32,000 nt of DNA from Mycolicibacterium smegmatis. Lineage in GTDB: Bacteria; Actinomycetota; Actinomycetes; Mycobacteriales; Mycobacteriaceae. Made by a program: the position numbers and the translations under genes. Location: the NCBI RefSeq assembly GCF_001457595.1, contig NZ_LN831039.1, positions 1,650,001 to 1,682,000 of the forward strand, given 5' to 3'. Positions 17,620-26,464 of this stretch are shown here, piece after piece. Numbering within the stretch: position 1 is the first letter of the stretch; each line of letters begins with the position of its first letter. Under the pieces are notes generated by a model, which was not told the origin of the DNA, did not search any database, and worked only from the letters and a program-made list of their open reading frames with translations.

Positions 17620-19140
17620 CTACTTCATGGTCGGGATGACGAACTCGGCGCCATCCTTGATTCCGGACGGCCACCGCTCGGTGACGGTCTTGGTCTTGGT
17701 GTAGAACTGGATCGAGGCCGGTCCGTGCTGGTTGAGATCGCCGAAGCCGGAACGCTTCCAGCCGCCGAAGGTGTGGTAGGCCACCGGAACCGGGATCGGC
17801 ACGTTCACGCCGACCATGCCCACCTGGACCCGCGAGACGAAGTCGCGGGCGGCGTCGCCGTCACGCGTGAAGATCGCCACGCCGTTGCCGTATTCGTGCT
17901 TGGTGGGCAGGCTCAGCGCCTCTTCGTAGTCGTGCGCGCGCACGATGCACAGCACCGGGCCGAAGATCTCGTCGGTGTAGATCGACATGTCGGTCTTGAC
18001 GTGGTCGAACAGGGTGGGGCCGATGAAATAGCCGCCCTCGAGGCTCTGATCGTCGAACGTGAGTTCGTCGGTGGCGCGTTCACGGCCGTCGACCACCAGT
18101 TCGGCGCCGGCCTCGACACCCTGGCCGATGTAGTCCTTGACGCGGTTGAGCGCGGCCTCGGTGACCAGCGGGCCGTAGTCGGCCTTGGGGTCGAGGCTGT
18201 GGCCGACGCGCAGCTGCTTGACGCGCTCGATGAGCCTGGCGCGCAACCGGTTTGCGGTTTCCTCGCCCACCGGAACCGCGACGCTGATGGCCATGCAACG
18301 CTCGCCGGCGGAGCCGTAGCCCGCGCCGATCAACGCATCGACGGCCTGGTCGAGATCGGCGTCGGGCATGATGATCATGTGGTTCTTCGCGCCGCCGAAG
18401 CACTGCGAGCGCTTACCGTGGGCGGCCGCGGTCGAGTAGATGTACTGCGCGATGTCGGAGCTGCCGACGAAGCCCACGGCCTGCACGGTCGGGTGCGTGA
18501 GGATCGCGTCGACGGCTTCCTTGTCACCCTGCACGACCTGGAAGACGCCCGGCGGCAGACCGGCCTCGATGAACAGCTCGGCCAGGCGCACCGGCACCGA
18601 TGGGTCACGCTCAGAAGGCTTGAGGATGAAGGCGTTTCCGCATGCGAGCGCGGGGCCGGCCTTCCACAGCGGGATCATGGCCGGGAAGTTGAAGGGCGTG
18701 ATCCCCGCGACGACGCCGAGGGGCTGACGGATCGAGTAGACGTCGATACCGGTGCCCGCGCCCTCGGTGAACTCGCCCTTGAGCAGGTGCGGGATGCCGA
18801 CGGCGAACTCGATGACCTCGATGCCGCGCTGGATGTCGCCCAGCGAGTCGGCGACGGTCTTGCCGTGCTCGATCGAGAGCAGTCGGGCCAGCTCATCGGC
18901 GTTCTGGTTCACCAGGTCGATGAACTTCATGAGTACGCGGGCGCGGCGCTGCGGGTTGTAGGCGGCCCACTCCTTCTGCGCCTCGGCGGCGCCGGTGACC
19001 GCGGCGTCGACGTCTGCTGCTGAGGCCAGCAGCACCTGAGCCTGCACCTCGCCGGTGCTGGGGTTCATCACGTCGGCGGTACGGGTCGAGCCCGCGCTGG
19101 TGCGCCGGCCGTTGATGAAGTGCTGGATCTGTGTGGTCAT
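17620..19140 (-). CDS. mmsA: Methylmalonate-semialdehyde dehydrogenase (CoA-acylating)
   Basis: 506 aa of the aldehyde dehydrogenase family (catalytic Cys context GERCMAIS, FGGWKRSGFGD). It is the first gene of the valine-catabolism operon. Confidence 0.9.
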   Translation of the reverse strand: MTTQIQHFINGRRTSAGSTRTADVMNPSTGEVQAQVLLASAADVDAAVTGAAEAQKEWAAYNPQRRARVLMKFIDLVNQNADELARLLSIEHGKTVADSLGDIQRGIEVIEFAVGIPHLLKGEFTEGAGTGIDVYSIRQPLGVVAGITPFNFPAMIPLWKAGPALACGNAFILKPSERDPSVPVRLAELFIEAGLPPGVFQVVQGDKEAVDAILTHPTVQAVGFVGSSDIAQYIYSTAAAHGKRSQCFGGAKNHMIIMPDADLDQAVDALIGAGYGSAGERCMAISVAVPVGEETANRLRARLIERVKQLRVGHSLDPKADYGPLVTEAALNRVKDYIGQGVEAGAELVVDGRERATDELTFDDQSLEGGYFIGPTLFDHVKTDMSIYTDEIFGPVLCIVRAHDYEEALSLPTKHEYGNGVAIFTRDGDAARDFVSRVQVGMVGVNVPIPVPVAYHTFGGWKRSGFGDLNQHGPASIQFYTKTKTVTERWPSGIKDGAEFVIPTMK

Positions 19141-19270
19141 GACATCCGTCCAAAAGAGGGTGTGCGCGGTGATATCGCTCGGTGTGATCCGAGATACTTG
19201 GATATCCTAGTAATTCGTCGGAGGGTTTGGCAATAGCCCCTCGGTGCGCCCGGGGCGACGCCCTTTAAAT

Positions 19271-19282
19271 TACGGAACCGTA
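19271..19282. promoter_or_regulatory. Palindrome TACGGAACCGTA next to a TATTAT -10-like hexamer (19287-19292), immediately upstream of the monooxygenase ATG
   Basis: Read directly from the sequence. It is a candidate operator for the co-transcribed TetR. The geometry (the -10 ends 7 nt before ATG 19300, with no RBS) suggests a leaderless transcript. Confidence 0.4.
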
Positions 19283-19299
19283 TCGTTATTATTTTGTCC

Positions 19300-20805
19300 A
19301 TGGCAGCCACCGATTGCGACGTGATCGTCGTGGGCGCCGGGCCGACCGGCCTGACCCTCGCGTGTTCCCTGCGCCTGCACGGACTTTCAGTTCGTGTGCT
19401 CGACGGCGCGGCAGGCCCCGCGACGACCTCGCGTGCGAACTTCCTGCACGCACGCGGTTCGGAGGTGCTCAACCGGATCGGAGCCCTTGGCCCGCTGCCG
19501 GACGAGTCCCTGCGGGCCATGCGCATCACCAACTACCTCGGTGACCGACCGGTGATGACGCTGGCTTTCGGCGATCCCGGCATGCGCACGGCCGCACCAC
19601 CCATGGTGGTGTCACAGGCCAGGGTCGAAGCCGCGCTGCGGGCCCGGCTTGCCCGGCTCGGGGTGGAACCCGAGTGGGGCAGGAAGGTGGCCGGTGTCCG
19701 GCAGGCCGGGGACCGGGTGGTCGCCGATCTCGCCGACGGTGTGCAGGTGAGCGGACAGTGGCTCGTCGGGTGCGACGGCACGTCGAGCGTCACGCGGGAG
19801 CAGGTGGGCATTCCGTTTCCCGGCGTCAAACTGTCGGAACGTTTTCTGCTGGCCGACATCCACCTCGACTGGGCGGTGGACCGCGGCGGGACCACCGGCT
19901 GGATCCATCCCGATGGCGTGGTCGGCGCGATGCCGATGCCGAGCGGGGACGGCCGCAACGACCTGTGGCGCCTGTTCGTCTACGACCCCGCGCTCAACCG
20001 AAAGCCCAGCGACAGTGAGATCCTGCAGCGCATCGAACAGATCGTCCCGTACCGCACCGGCCGCGCCATCACGATCGGGCAGCCGGAATGGTTGTCGATG
20101 TTCACCGTGCACCGCCGCCTGGCCCAGTCATATCGGCGCGGACGCGTGCTCATCGCAGGCGACGCCGCGCACGCCCACGCGCCGTTCGGCGGGCAGGGAA
20201 TGCTGACCGGCATCGGAGACGCCGAGAACCTCGCGTTCAAGCTTGCACTCGTGATCCGCGGACTCGCGGCCGATGCCCTGATCGACACCTACGAGGCCGA
20301 ACGCAGACCTCTGGCCACCGAGGTGCTCCGCGGTACCAGCGCGATCACGCGGGTCAACGTCGCGAGCAATCCGGTCGGCCGGTTCCTGCGCGACCGGGTG
20401 GCCACCCGGATCTTCGGGCTGCCCTTCGTTCAACGGTGGACCACCTACACGGCGTCGCAGCTGTGGGTCAGTTACCGCAAGGGCCCGCTCGGCGGACACG
20501 GGCGCAAGCCGCGTCCCGGTGACCGGATCGACGACCGGCCCTGCACCCGCGCCGACGGCGCCGCCACCAGGCTGCACAACGAACTCGCCGGGCGCTGGGC
20601 GCTGCTGTGGCCGCGAGACGCCCCGGCCCCTGGTGCATCCCTACTCGCCCGGCTCGGTGACTTCGGCGTGACGCTGCGGCACGACGGGGCCGAAGCCATG
20701 CTGATCCGCCCCGATGCGCACCTCGCGTGGCGTGGCGCCCCCGACGACACCGCTGGTCTCGACCATTGGCTGGCAAAGGCTTTGGGCTCCGGGGCGGTGC
20801 GATGA
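19300..20805 (+). CDS. FAD-dependent (class A) aromatic-ring monooxygenase
   Basis: DVIVVGAGPTGLTLA dinucleotide fold, the CDG motif region LVGCDGTSSVTRE, and GDAAHAHAPFGGQGMLTGIGDAENLAFKL. Start taken at ATG 19300 (the track ORF begins at TTG 19294). Confidence 0.88.
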   Translation: MAATDCDVIVVGAGPTGLTLACSLRLHGLSVRVLDGAAGPATTSRANFLHARGSEVLNRIGALGPLPDESLRAMRITNYLGDRPVMTLAFGDPGMRTAAPPMVVSQARVEAALRARLARLGVEPEWGRKVAGVRQAGDRVVADLADGVQVSGQWLVGCDGTSSVTREQVGIPFPGVKLSERFLLADIHLDWAVDRGGTTGWIHPDGVVGAMPMPSGDGRNDLWRLFVYDPALNRKPSDSEILQRIEQIVPYRTGRAITIGQPEWLSMFTVHRRLAQSYRRGRVLIAGDAAHAHAPFGGQGMLTGIGDAENLAFKLALVIRGLAADALIDTYEAERRPLATEVLRGTSAITRVNVASNPVGRFLRDRVATRIFGLPFVQRWTTYTASQLWVSYRKGPLGGHGRKPRPGDRIDDRPCTRADGAATRLHNELAGRWALLWPRDAPAPGASLLARLGDFGVTLRHDGAEAMLIRPDAHLAWRGAPDDTAGLDHWLAKALGSGAVR

Positions 20806-21401
20806 CCGGGCCTGGTCGTGGCCGGCCCCGCGATGCCGAGGCCGACCGCGCGATCCTGCAGGCCGCGCTGGAGGTGTTCATCGAGCGCGGCGTGGAAGGC
20901 TCCAGCATCGAACAGATCGCCAGGCGCGCGGGGGTGGGAAAGCCCACCGTCTACCGGCGCTGGTCGTCCAAAGAGGATCTGATCGCCGCCGCCATGGAGA
21001 CGCTGGTCGCCGAGGAGGTCCTGTGGGCCTCACCGGAGGCGATCGAGAGGCAGTCCCCGCATGTGCTCGTCGAGGCCGCGATCGAGAGCGCCGCCGCCAC
21101 CACGGCCACACCGTCCTACCGGGCGCTGGTCGCGCGTGTGTACGGTTCCGCCGTGAGCCATCCGGGTTTGATGGCCGTGTACTGGGATCGCTACATCCTG
21201 CCGCGCCGCGCGCAGGCCAGGCGGCTTCTGGAACGGGCCCGTGAGCTCGGAACCGTCTCCGAGGACACCGATCTCGACGTGGCCATCGACATGATGGTCG
21301 GTGCCATCACCTACCGCGTACTGCAGCCGGATCCGCCCGACGTCGACGGGATGCGCCGGTATCTGCGCGCCGTCTACCGACAGATAGGGCTGCTTTCCTG
21401 A
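20802..21401 (+). CDS. TetR-family transcriptional regulator
   Basis: Trimmed to ATG 20802, which overlaps the monooxygenase stop (ATGA). HTH: ILQAALEVFIERGVEGSSIEQIARRAGVGKPTVYRRWSSKEDL. Confidence 0.88.
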   Translation: MTGPGRGRPRDAEADRAILQAALEVFIERGVEGSSIEQIARRAGVGKPTVYRRWSSKEDLIAAAMETLVAEEVLWASPEAIERQSPHVLVEAAIESAAATTATPSYRALVARVYGSAVSHPGLMAVYWDRYILPRRAQARRLLERARELGTVSEDTDLDVAIDMMVGAITYRVLQPDPPDVDGMRRYLRAVYRQIGLLS

Positions 21402-21427
21402 GTCCTGAACTGCTACCGTCGACAGCG

Positions 21428-21667
21428 GTGCGCCGGGAAGCCTGGTCGGCAAGAGTTGGTTCTTCGACCAGGGAGGGCACCGATGGGTGTGTCAGTGGAG
21501 CGGACGGCGGTCGGTCCGACGCTGATCTGCCGCCGTACTGGGCGGCCAAGGCGTTCTGGGTCGCGAGCGCGTACGGCACCTGGTGGCACTATCTCGTGGT
21601 CGGCGCGGTGTACAACGTCGTCGTCGCATGGCCGTTGTTCCGGAGGTTCCAGGCCAGACACGGGTGA
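21428..21667 (+). CDS. Possible small membrane protein (start and frame uncertain)
   Basis: The 3' two-thirds (LPPYWAAKAFWVASAYGTWWHYLVVGAVYNVVVAWPLFRRFQARHG) is hydrophobic with strong GC3 bias. The best RBS+ATG (GGAGG at 21472-21476, ATG 21483) is in a different frame; see findings. Confidence 0.35.
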   Translation: MRREAWSARVGSSTREGTDGCVSGADGGRSDADLPPYWAAKAFWVASAYGTWWHYLVVGAVYNVVVAWPLFRRFQARHG

Positions 21668-21685
21668 GCACGCCGAACCGGACTT

Positions 21686-22564
21686 TCAGGCCAGTGGTTC
21701 GGCCGGTCCGGTGTGTGCGGTGCGCACCGCGCCGATGCTCGCCGCGGTCACCAGCGCCACCCCGAGATAGCCCAGCGTGCCGATCTGCTGGCCGAGCACC
21801 ATCAGACCCGCGAGGGCGGCCACAACGGGGGACAGGCTGGTCAGCACGGCAAACACCGAGGGATGCAGATGCCGCAGCGACAGCAACTCCAACGAGTACG
21901 GCACCAGCGAACTCAGCACCGACACCGACACGGCGAGGACGATCACATCGAAACGCAGGGCGCCGGCGAAGTCGACGAGAAGCAGTGCGAACGGCGTGAG
22001 GGCCAGGGCCCCGAGGCCGGTGGCCAGTGCGAGTCCGTCGATGCGCCGGAACTGTGCCGCGGTGCGCGACGACGCGAGGATGTAGCCGGCCCAACTCGCC
22101 CCGGCGACGGCGGCGAAACCGAACCCCGCGGCGTCGAGGCGGCCGTCGTCGTGCCGGGTCAAACCCAGCATGGCCACGCCGGCGAGGGCGAGCACCGCCC
22201 ACAGCCAGGCGACACGCCGGGTGCTCGCCGCCACCGAAAGAATCAGCGGGCCAAGGACTTCGATGGTGACGGCGATGCCGAGCGGGATGCGCGCGATCGC
22301 GCAGTAGAAGCTGAAGTTCATCACGACCAGCGTGGTGGCCAGCGCCAGTGCCGACAGCCAGGCCCGCCCGGACACCCCGCGCAGGCGGGGTCGCACGGCC
22401 GCACACAGGATCACGCCGGCCACGGCGAACCTGGTGAACACCGCGCCCAGTGTGCCGAGCGTCGCGAACAGTCCGACGGCGAACGCCGCGCCGACCTCCT
22501 GGCTGATCGACGCCACGACCACCAGGACCGCGGCGCCGGCCGGGCGTCGCGGACCTTCCGTCAC
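21686..22564 (-). CDS. EamA/DMT-family transporter
   Basis: Trimmed from the track ORF 21686-22927 to GTG 22564, which overlaps the TetR stop (GTGA). 292 aa and about 10 hydrophobic helices, with two EamA-like halves. Confidence 0.82.
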   Translation of the reverse strand: MTEGPRRPAGAAVLVVVASISQEVGAAFAVGLFATLGTLGAVFTRFAVAGVILCAAVRPRLRGVSGRAWLSALALATTLVVMNFSFYCAIARIPLGIAVTIEVLGPLILSVAASTRRVAWLWAVLALAGVAMLGLTRHDDGRLDAAGFGFAAVAGASWAGYILASSRTAAQFRRIDGLALATGLGALALTPFALLLVDFAGALRFDVIVLAVSVSVLSSLVPYSLELLSLRHLHPSVFAVLTSLSPVVAALAGLMVLGQQIGTLGYLGVALVTAASIGAVRTAHTGPAEPLA

Positions 22565-23229
22565 GCCGTCACCGGAAGCGTTGCACCCGTGGCCATCTCG
22601 GCATAGCCGCGCATGAGTCGCAGGGCCGTCTCGCGGTCCAGGTCGGGATCGCGCGCGACGATGCGGTAGCCCAGGTAGTCCTCCATGGCCATGAGCGTCA
22701 TCGCGACGTCGCGCGCGGGGGACCGGAGCTCGAACGCCCCGGCGCGCGCACCGCCGTCGAGGATGTCTGTGTACAGCCCCACCTGACGGTGGTAGATGTG
22801 CTGGACGTCGCGACGTTGGTCCAGCTCGAACCCGGCGGCCAGCACAGCGCGCCAGATCGCGCGCCATTCGGCGTCCTCCGGCCCGGTCGGCAGCCCGGCG
22901 CCGATGGTCAGGGCGAGCTGGGCGCACGGATCGTCGATGCGCTCCACGACCGCGAGACGGTCGTCGTAGAACCGCGTATCGGAACGCTGTGCCAGCTCGG
23001 AGAGCAGCTGGTCCATCTCCTTGAAGTAGTAGCGCACGGCGTTGGGGGTCAGGCCGAGCTCGGCGGCCACGTCGGCGATGCGCAGCGTGGCGAGGTCGTG
23101 TCGCTCGATCAGGGCGATGGCGGCGTCGAGGATCTCCTCGCGCCGCTGCGCCTGTCGATTGGGTCTGCCCACCTGTCCATAGTTACCGATTTCGCTCCAG
23201 CTCTTGCGCGCGGCGCCGCCGGGCCGCAT
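22561..23229 (-). CDS. TetR-family transcriptional regulator
   Basis: HTH: REEILDAAIALIERHDLATLRIADVAAELGLTPNAVRYYFKEMDQL. Start is either ATG 23229 or GTG 23172; GC3 between the two favours 23229. Confidence 0.85.
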   Translation of the reverse strand: MRPGGAARKSWSEIGNYGQVGRPNRQAQRREEILDAAIALIERHDLATLRIADVAAELGLTPNAVRYYFKEMDQLLSELAQRSDTRFYDDRLAVVERIDDPCAQLALTIGAGLPTGPEDAEWRAIWRAVLAAGFELDQRRDVQHIYHRQVGLYTDILDGGARAGAFELRSPARDVAMTLMAMEDYLGYRIVARDPDLDRETALRLMRGYAEMATGATLPVTA

Positions 23230-23275
23230 TATTTTCCAAACGTGAAAAAAACTTATCGGCAGATCCGGAGAACTT

Positions 23276-24385
23276 GTGGCTGACAGTCCGCGCAAACGCG
23301 TCCGCGACCTCGGCGTCGTCGTCGGCGAACACCCGACCGGCCCGTACAACGCGATCACCGATGTGGCGGGCGTCCGCGTCGGCCACACCACCATCCAGGA
23401 CGGTGCCGCGGTCAACACGGGCGTCACGGTCGTCGTCCCGCACGACGACATCTGGGGTGAACCGGTGTTCGCAGGCGCGCACCGCCTCAACGGCAGCGGA
23501 GAGATGACCGGGCTGGAGTGGATCCGCGAATCCGGCGAGCTCACCACGGCCATCGGGCTGACCAACACCCACAGCGCCGGCGTCGTGCGCGACGCCCTCG
23601 TCGATGCGCAGGTCGCCGCGCGCGGCGACGGCCTGTACTGGTCGCTCCCGGTGGTCGGGGAGACCTACGACGGTCTGCTCAACGACATCAACGGCCATCA
23701 CGTGCGAGCCGAACACGTCCACGCCGCGCTCGCCGCCGCTTGTGACGGCCCGGTCGCCGAGGGCAACGTCGGCGGCGGAACCGGCATGATCTGCCACGGC
23801 TTCAAGGGCGGCATCGGCACCGCGTCGCGGGTCACCGACACCGCGGCGGGCCGTTACACCGTGGGTGTGCTGGTGCAGGCCAACCACGGACGTCGGGAAC
23901 GGTTGCGGGTCAACGGTGTTCCGGTGGGCGAGGTGATCGGCCCCGAGGCGGTGCCCCTGCCGGAGATGCCGCGGGCGTACGAGCCCGGATCGGGATCGAT
24001 CATCGTCATCGTCGCCACCGACGCGCCGCTGCTGCCGCACCAGTGTGCGCGGTTGGCGCAGCGGTCGGCGCTGGCCGTCGGGCGCCTCGGCGGCACGGGC
24101 GAGCAGTACAGCGGCGATCTGATGCTCGCGTTCTCCACCGGCAACCGCGGCATCCCGCCGTACGCGTGGGACGAGAACGTCGACACCGAGCGTCCGGAGA
24201 TCGACGTGCGCATGGTCGCCCCTCAGCTCATGACCCGTCTGTTCGACCTCACGATCGAGGCCACCGAGGAGGCCATCCTCAACGTCCTCGTCACCGCCGA
24301 AACCCTCACCGGTCGCGACGGCCGCACCGCACATGCCCTCGACCACAAACTGTTCCGCACCGCACTTCTCCTGGAGGACCACTGA
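23276..24385 (+). CDS. Peptidase family S58 (DmpA/BapA-like L-aminopeptidase / D-Ala-esterase-amidase, Ntn-hydrolase)
   Basis: 369 aa. NAITDVAGVRVGHTT...NTGVTVVVP at the N-terminus, and the self-processing/nucleophile region EPGSGSIIVIVATDAPL. Confidence 0.82.
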   Translation: MADSPRKRVRDLGVVVGEHPTGPYNAITDVAGVRVGHTTIQDGAAVNTGVTVVVPHDDIWGEPVFAGAHRLNGSGEMTGLEWIRESGELTTAIGLTNTHSAGVVRDALVDAQVAARGDGLYWSLPVVGETYDGLLNDINGHHVRAEHVHAALAAACDGPVAEGNVGGGTGMICHGFKGGIGTASRVTDTAAGRYTVGVLVQANHGRRERLRVNGVPVGEVIGPEAVPLPEMPRAYEPGSGSIIVIVATDAPLLPHQCARLAQRSALAVGRLGGTGEQYSGDLMLAFSTGNRGIPPYAWDENVDTERPEIDVRMVAPQLMTRLFDLTIEATEEAILNVLVTAETLTGRDGRTAHALDHKLFRTALLLEDH

Positions 24386-25809
24386 TGAGCGCCAACGCCC
24401 CCACCTCCGACGATCAAGGCGATCTACGCGACGAGCAGCGCCTGCACGGCAGGCTCGGCCCCATCGGGGTCGTGTTCATGGTGGTCGCGGCCGCCGCGCC
24501 GCTCACCGTCATCGGCGGCAACATGCCCCTGGGCATGGGTCTCGGCAACGGCGCCGGAGCGCCGGTCGGGTTCCTCATCGCCGCACTGGTGCTGCTGCTG
24601 TTCAGCATCGGTTTCGTCGCGATGACCCCGTACGTGCCGGAGGCCGGTGCGTTCTTCTCGTACGTGACGCTGGGCCTGGGCAGGCGTCTGGGCAGTGGCA
24701 TCGCCGCGGTCGCGCTGATCGCCTACACCGCGATCCAGGTGGGCATCTACGGCTACATCGGCTGGGCCATCGACGACACCGTGCGCTTCTACGGTGGACC
24801 GGAGATACCCTGGCCCGTCTACTCTTTCGCGACACTGGCGATAGTGGCGGTGCTCGGCTACCGCCATATCGAACTGTCTGCGAAGGTGCTCGGCGTCGCC
24901 CTCGCACTCGAGATCGGCATCGTGGTCCTGCTCGACCTGGTGATCGTCGCGAACCCGGGACCGGCCGGCCTGACGTTGTCGTCGTTCACACCCGGTGTGT
25001 TCACCGACGGCGTGCTGGGCATCGCGGTGTTGTTCGCGCTCACCGGGTTCATCGGTTTCGAGGCCACCGCGGTGTTCCGCGACGAGGCCCGCGACCCCGA
25101 ACGCACCATCCCGCGCGCGACGTACGCGGCCGTGCTGATCATCGGCGGCTTCTACGCGTTGACCTGCTGGGCGTTCGTCGTCGCGATCGGACCGGATCAG
25201 GTCGCCGAGGTGGCCCAGCGCACCCTCGACGGCGAGGCGAACATGCTGCTGGACACCACGGGTGACAATCTGGGGCGCATCGGCCGTGACGTGGTCAACG
25301 TGCTGTTGCTGACCAGCCTGTTCGCGTGCGTGCTGTCGTTCCACAACGTGATCGCGCGCTACCAGTTCGCGCTGGCCCGAAAAGGCCTGCTGCCCAAGCC
25401 TTTGGCCACCGTGCACCCGAGCCACGGGTCACCCTCGGTGTCGTCGCTGGTGCAGACCGCGACCGCGGCGGTGATCGTCGCGATCCTCGCGGCGCTGGGC
25501 ATCGATCCCCTGGTGGGCGTGTTCGGGTCGATGGCGGGCGTGGCGACCGTCGGCATGGTCCTGTTGATGCTGACGACGTCGGTCGCCGTCCTGGTGTTCT
25601 TCGCGCGGCACGCGGATCTCGCGAGCGGGCGGGTGTGGCAGACGCGCATCGCGCCGGTGCTCGCGTGCCTGGGCCTGGTGGGTGCCCTGCTGCTGGTGCT
25701 CACCAACTTCACGCTGGTGACCGGGGGCAGCGCCACGGTCAGCGCGATCCTGGCCGCGGTGCCGTTCGTGGGCCTGCTCGCCGGCGCGGCCCGGCGACCG
25801 CGCGACTGA
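24385..25809 (+). CDS. APC-superfamily amino acid permease
   Basis: Trimmed from the track ORF 24043-25809 to ATG 24385 (TGATG overlap with the peptidase stop). 474 aa and about 12 TM helices, with amino-acid permease-like sequence (GFEATAVFRDEARDPERTIPRATY). Confidence 0.85.
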   Translation: MSANAPTSDDQGDLRDEQRLHGRLGPIGVVFMVVAAAAPLTVIGGNMPLGMGLGNGAGAPVGFLIAALVLLLFSIGFVAMTPYVPEAGAFFSYVTLGLGRRLGSGIAAVALIAYTAIQVGIYGYIGWAIDDTVRFYGGPEIPWPVYSFATLAIVAVLGYRHIELSAKVLGVALALEIGIVVLLDLVIVANPGPAGLTLSSFTPGVFTDGVLGIAVLFALTGFIGFEATAVFRDEARDPERTIPRATYAAVLIIGGFYALTCWAFVVAIGPDQVAEVAQRTLDGEANMLLDTTGDNLGRIGRDVVNVLLLTSLFACVLSFHNVIARYQFALARKGLLPKPLATVHPSHGSPSVSSLVQTATAAVIVAILAALGIDPLVGVFGSMAGVATVGMVLLMLTTSVAVLVFFARHADLASGRVWQTRIAPVLACLGLVGALLLVLTNFTLVTGGSATVSAILAAVPFVGLLAGAARRPRD

Positions 25810-25815
25810 CGCGGG

Positions 25816-26412
25816 TCACCGGGCCCGCAGTCCGGCCAGCGCGGACTCGACGGTACGGGCGATGCGCCCGCGTTGGTCGGCACCCGCGCGGGAGAGCACC
25901 TGCAGCCCGTTGAGCACGGTCGTCAGAAGCGTTGCCGTCGAACTGATTTCGCTGTCATCGCACAGGCGGGTGTCGAGGTCGCCCTCGGCGCGCGCCCGCA
26001 GCAGCGCATCGCGGAACACCGTCTCCATGCGTTCGCGGTTGCGTTCGAGTCGCGCGCCGATCTCCGGGTCGGTGTCACCGTGCTCGACCGTGGCGTTGAC
26101 CGAGAAGCACCCCGGCGGCAGGCCCTGATCGGGTTGTCGCGCAGCCGACTCCAGCAGGGCCCGCACAGCGTCGAGCCCCGATGCCGCCGATGCGACGAGC
26201 TGTGCCGGGTCGCCGCCACCGGTGAGGTACCGGTCCAGCGCGGCCAGGTAGAGGCCCCGCTTGGAACCGTATGTGCCGTAGAGGCTGGCGCGGGCGATAC
26301 CCAGTTCGGTCACCAGATCCTCGGTCGACGTGTGCGCGTAGCCGCTGCGCCAGAACACCCGCATCGCGGTGTCCAGTGCGACGTCCGGATCGAACTCCTT
26401 GTGACGGGCCAT
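25816..26412 (-). CDS. TetR-family transcriptional regulator
   Basis: 198 aa. HTH: ALDTAMRVFWRSGYAHTSTEDLVTELGIARASLYGTYGSKRGLY. Confidence 0.88.
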   Translation of the reverse strand: MARHKEFDPDVALDTAMRVFWRSGYAHTSTEDLVTELGIARASLYGTYGSKRGLYLAALDRYLTGGGDPAQLVASAASGLDAVRALLESAARQPDQGLPPGCFSVNATVEHGDTDPEIGARLERNRERMETVFRDALLRARAEGDLDTRLCDDSEISSTATLLTTVLNGLQVLSRAGADQRGRIARTVESALAGLRAR

Positions 26413-26415
26413 GTG

Positions 26416-26445
26416 CCAATTCTAGATCGATCAGTCTAGAATTGG
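26416..26445. promoter_or_regulatory. Perfect inverted repeat CCAATTCTAGA-N8-TCTAGAATTGG (candidate TetR operator)
   Basis: 11 bp arms at 26416-26426 and 26435-26445, in the 52 nt divergent intergenic region between the TetR gene (start 26412) and the nitroreductase gene (start 26465). Confidence 0.7.
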
Positions 26446-26464
26446 GGGCGAAGGGGGAAATGAC

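Noticed and set aside
16534-19023. 829 aa plus-strand ORF, the longest in the track
   Set aside because: It runs antisense across both fadE9 and mmsA, which are confidently identified. The translation is repetitive G/R/V/D/A-rich sequence with no domain signatures.
21713-25425. Long antisense ORFs 21713-22606 (+), 23183-24382 (-) and 24424-25425 (-)
   Set aside because: Each lies opposite a well-supported gene (EamA transporter, S58 peptidase, APC permease). All have H/D/R/G-rich low-complexity translations.
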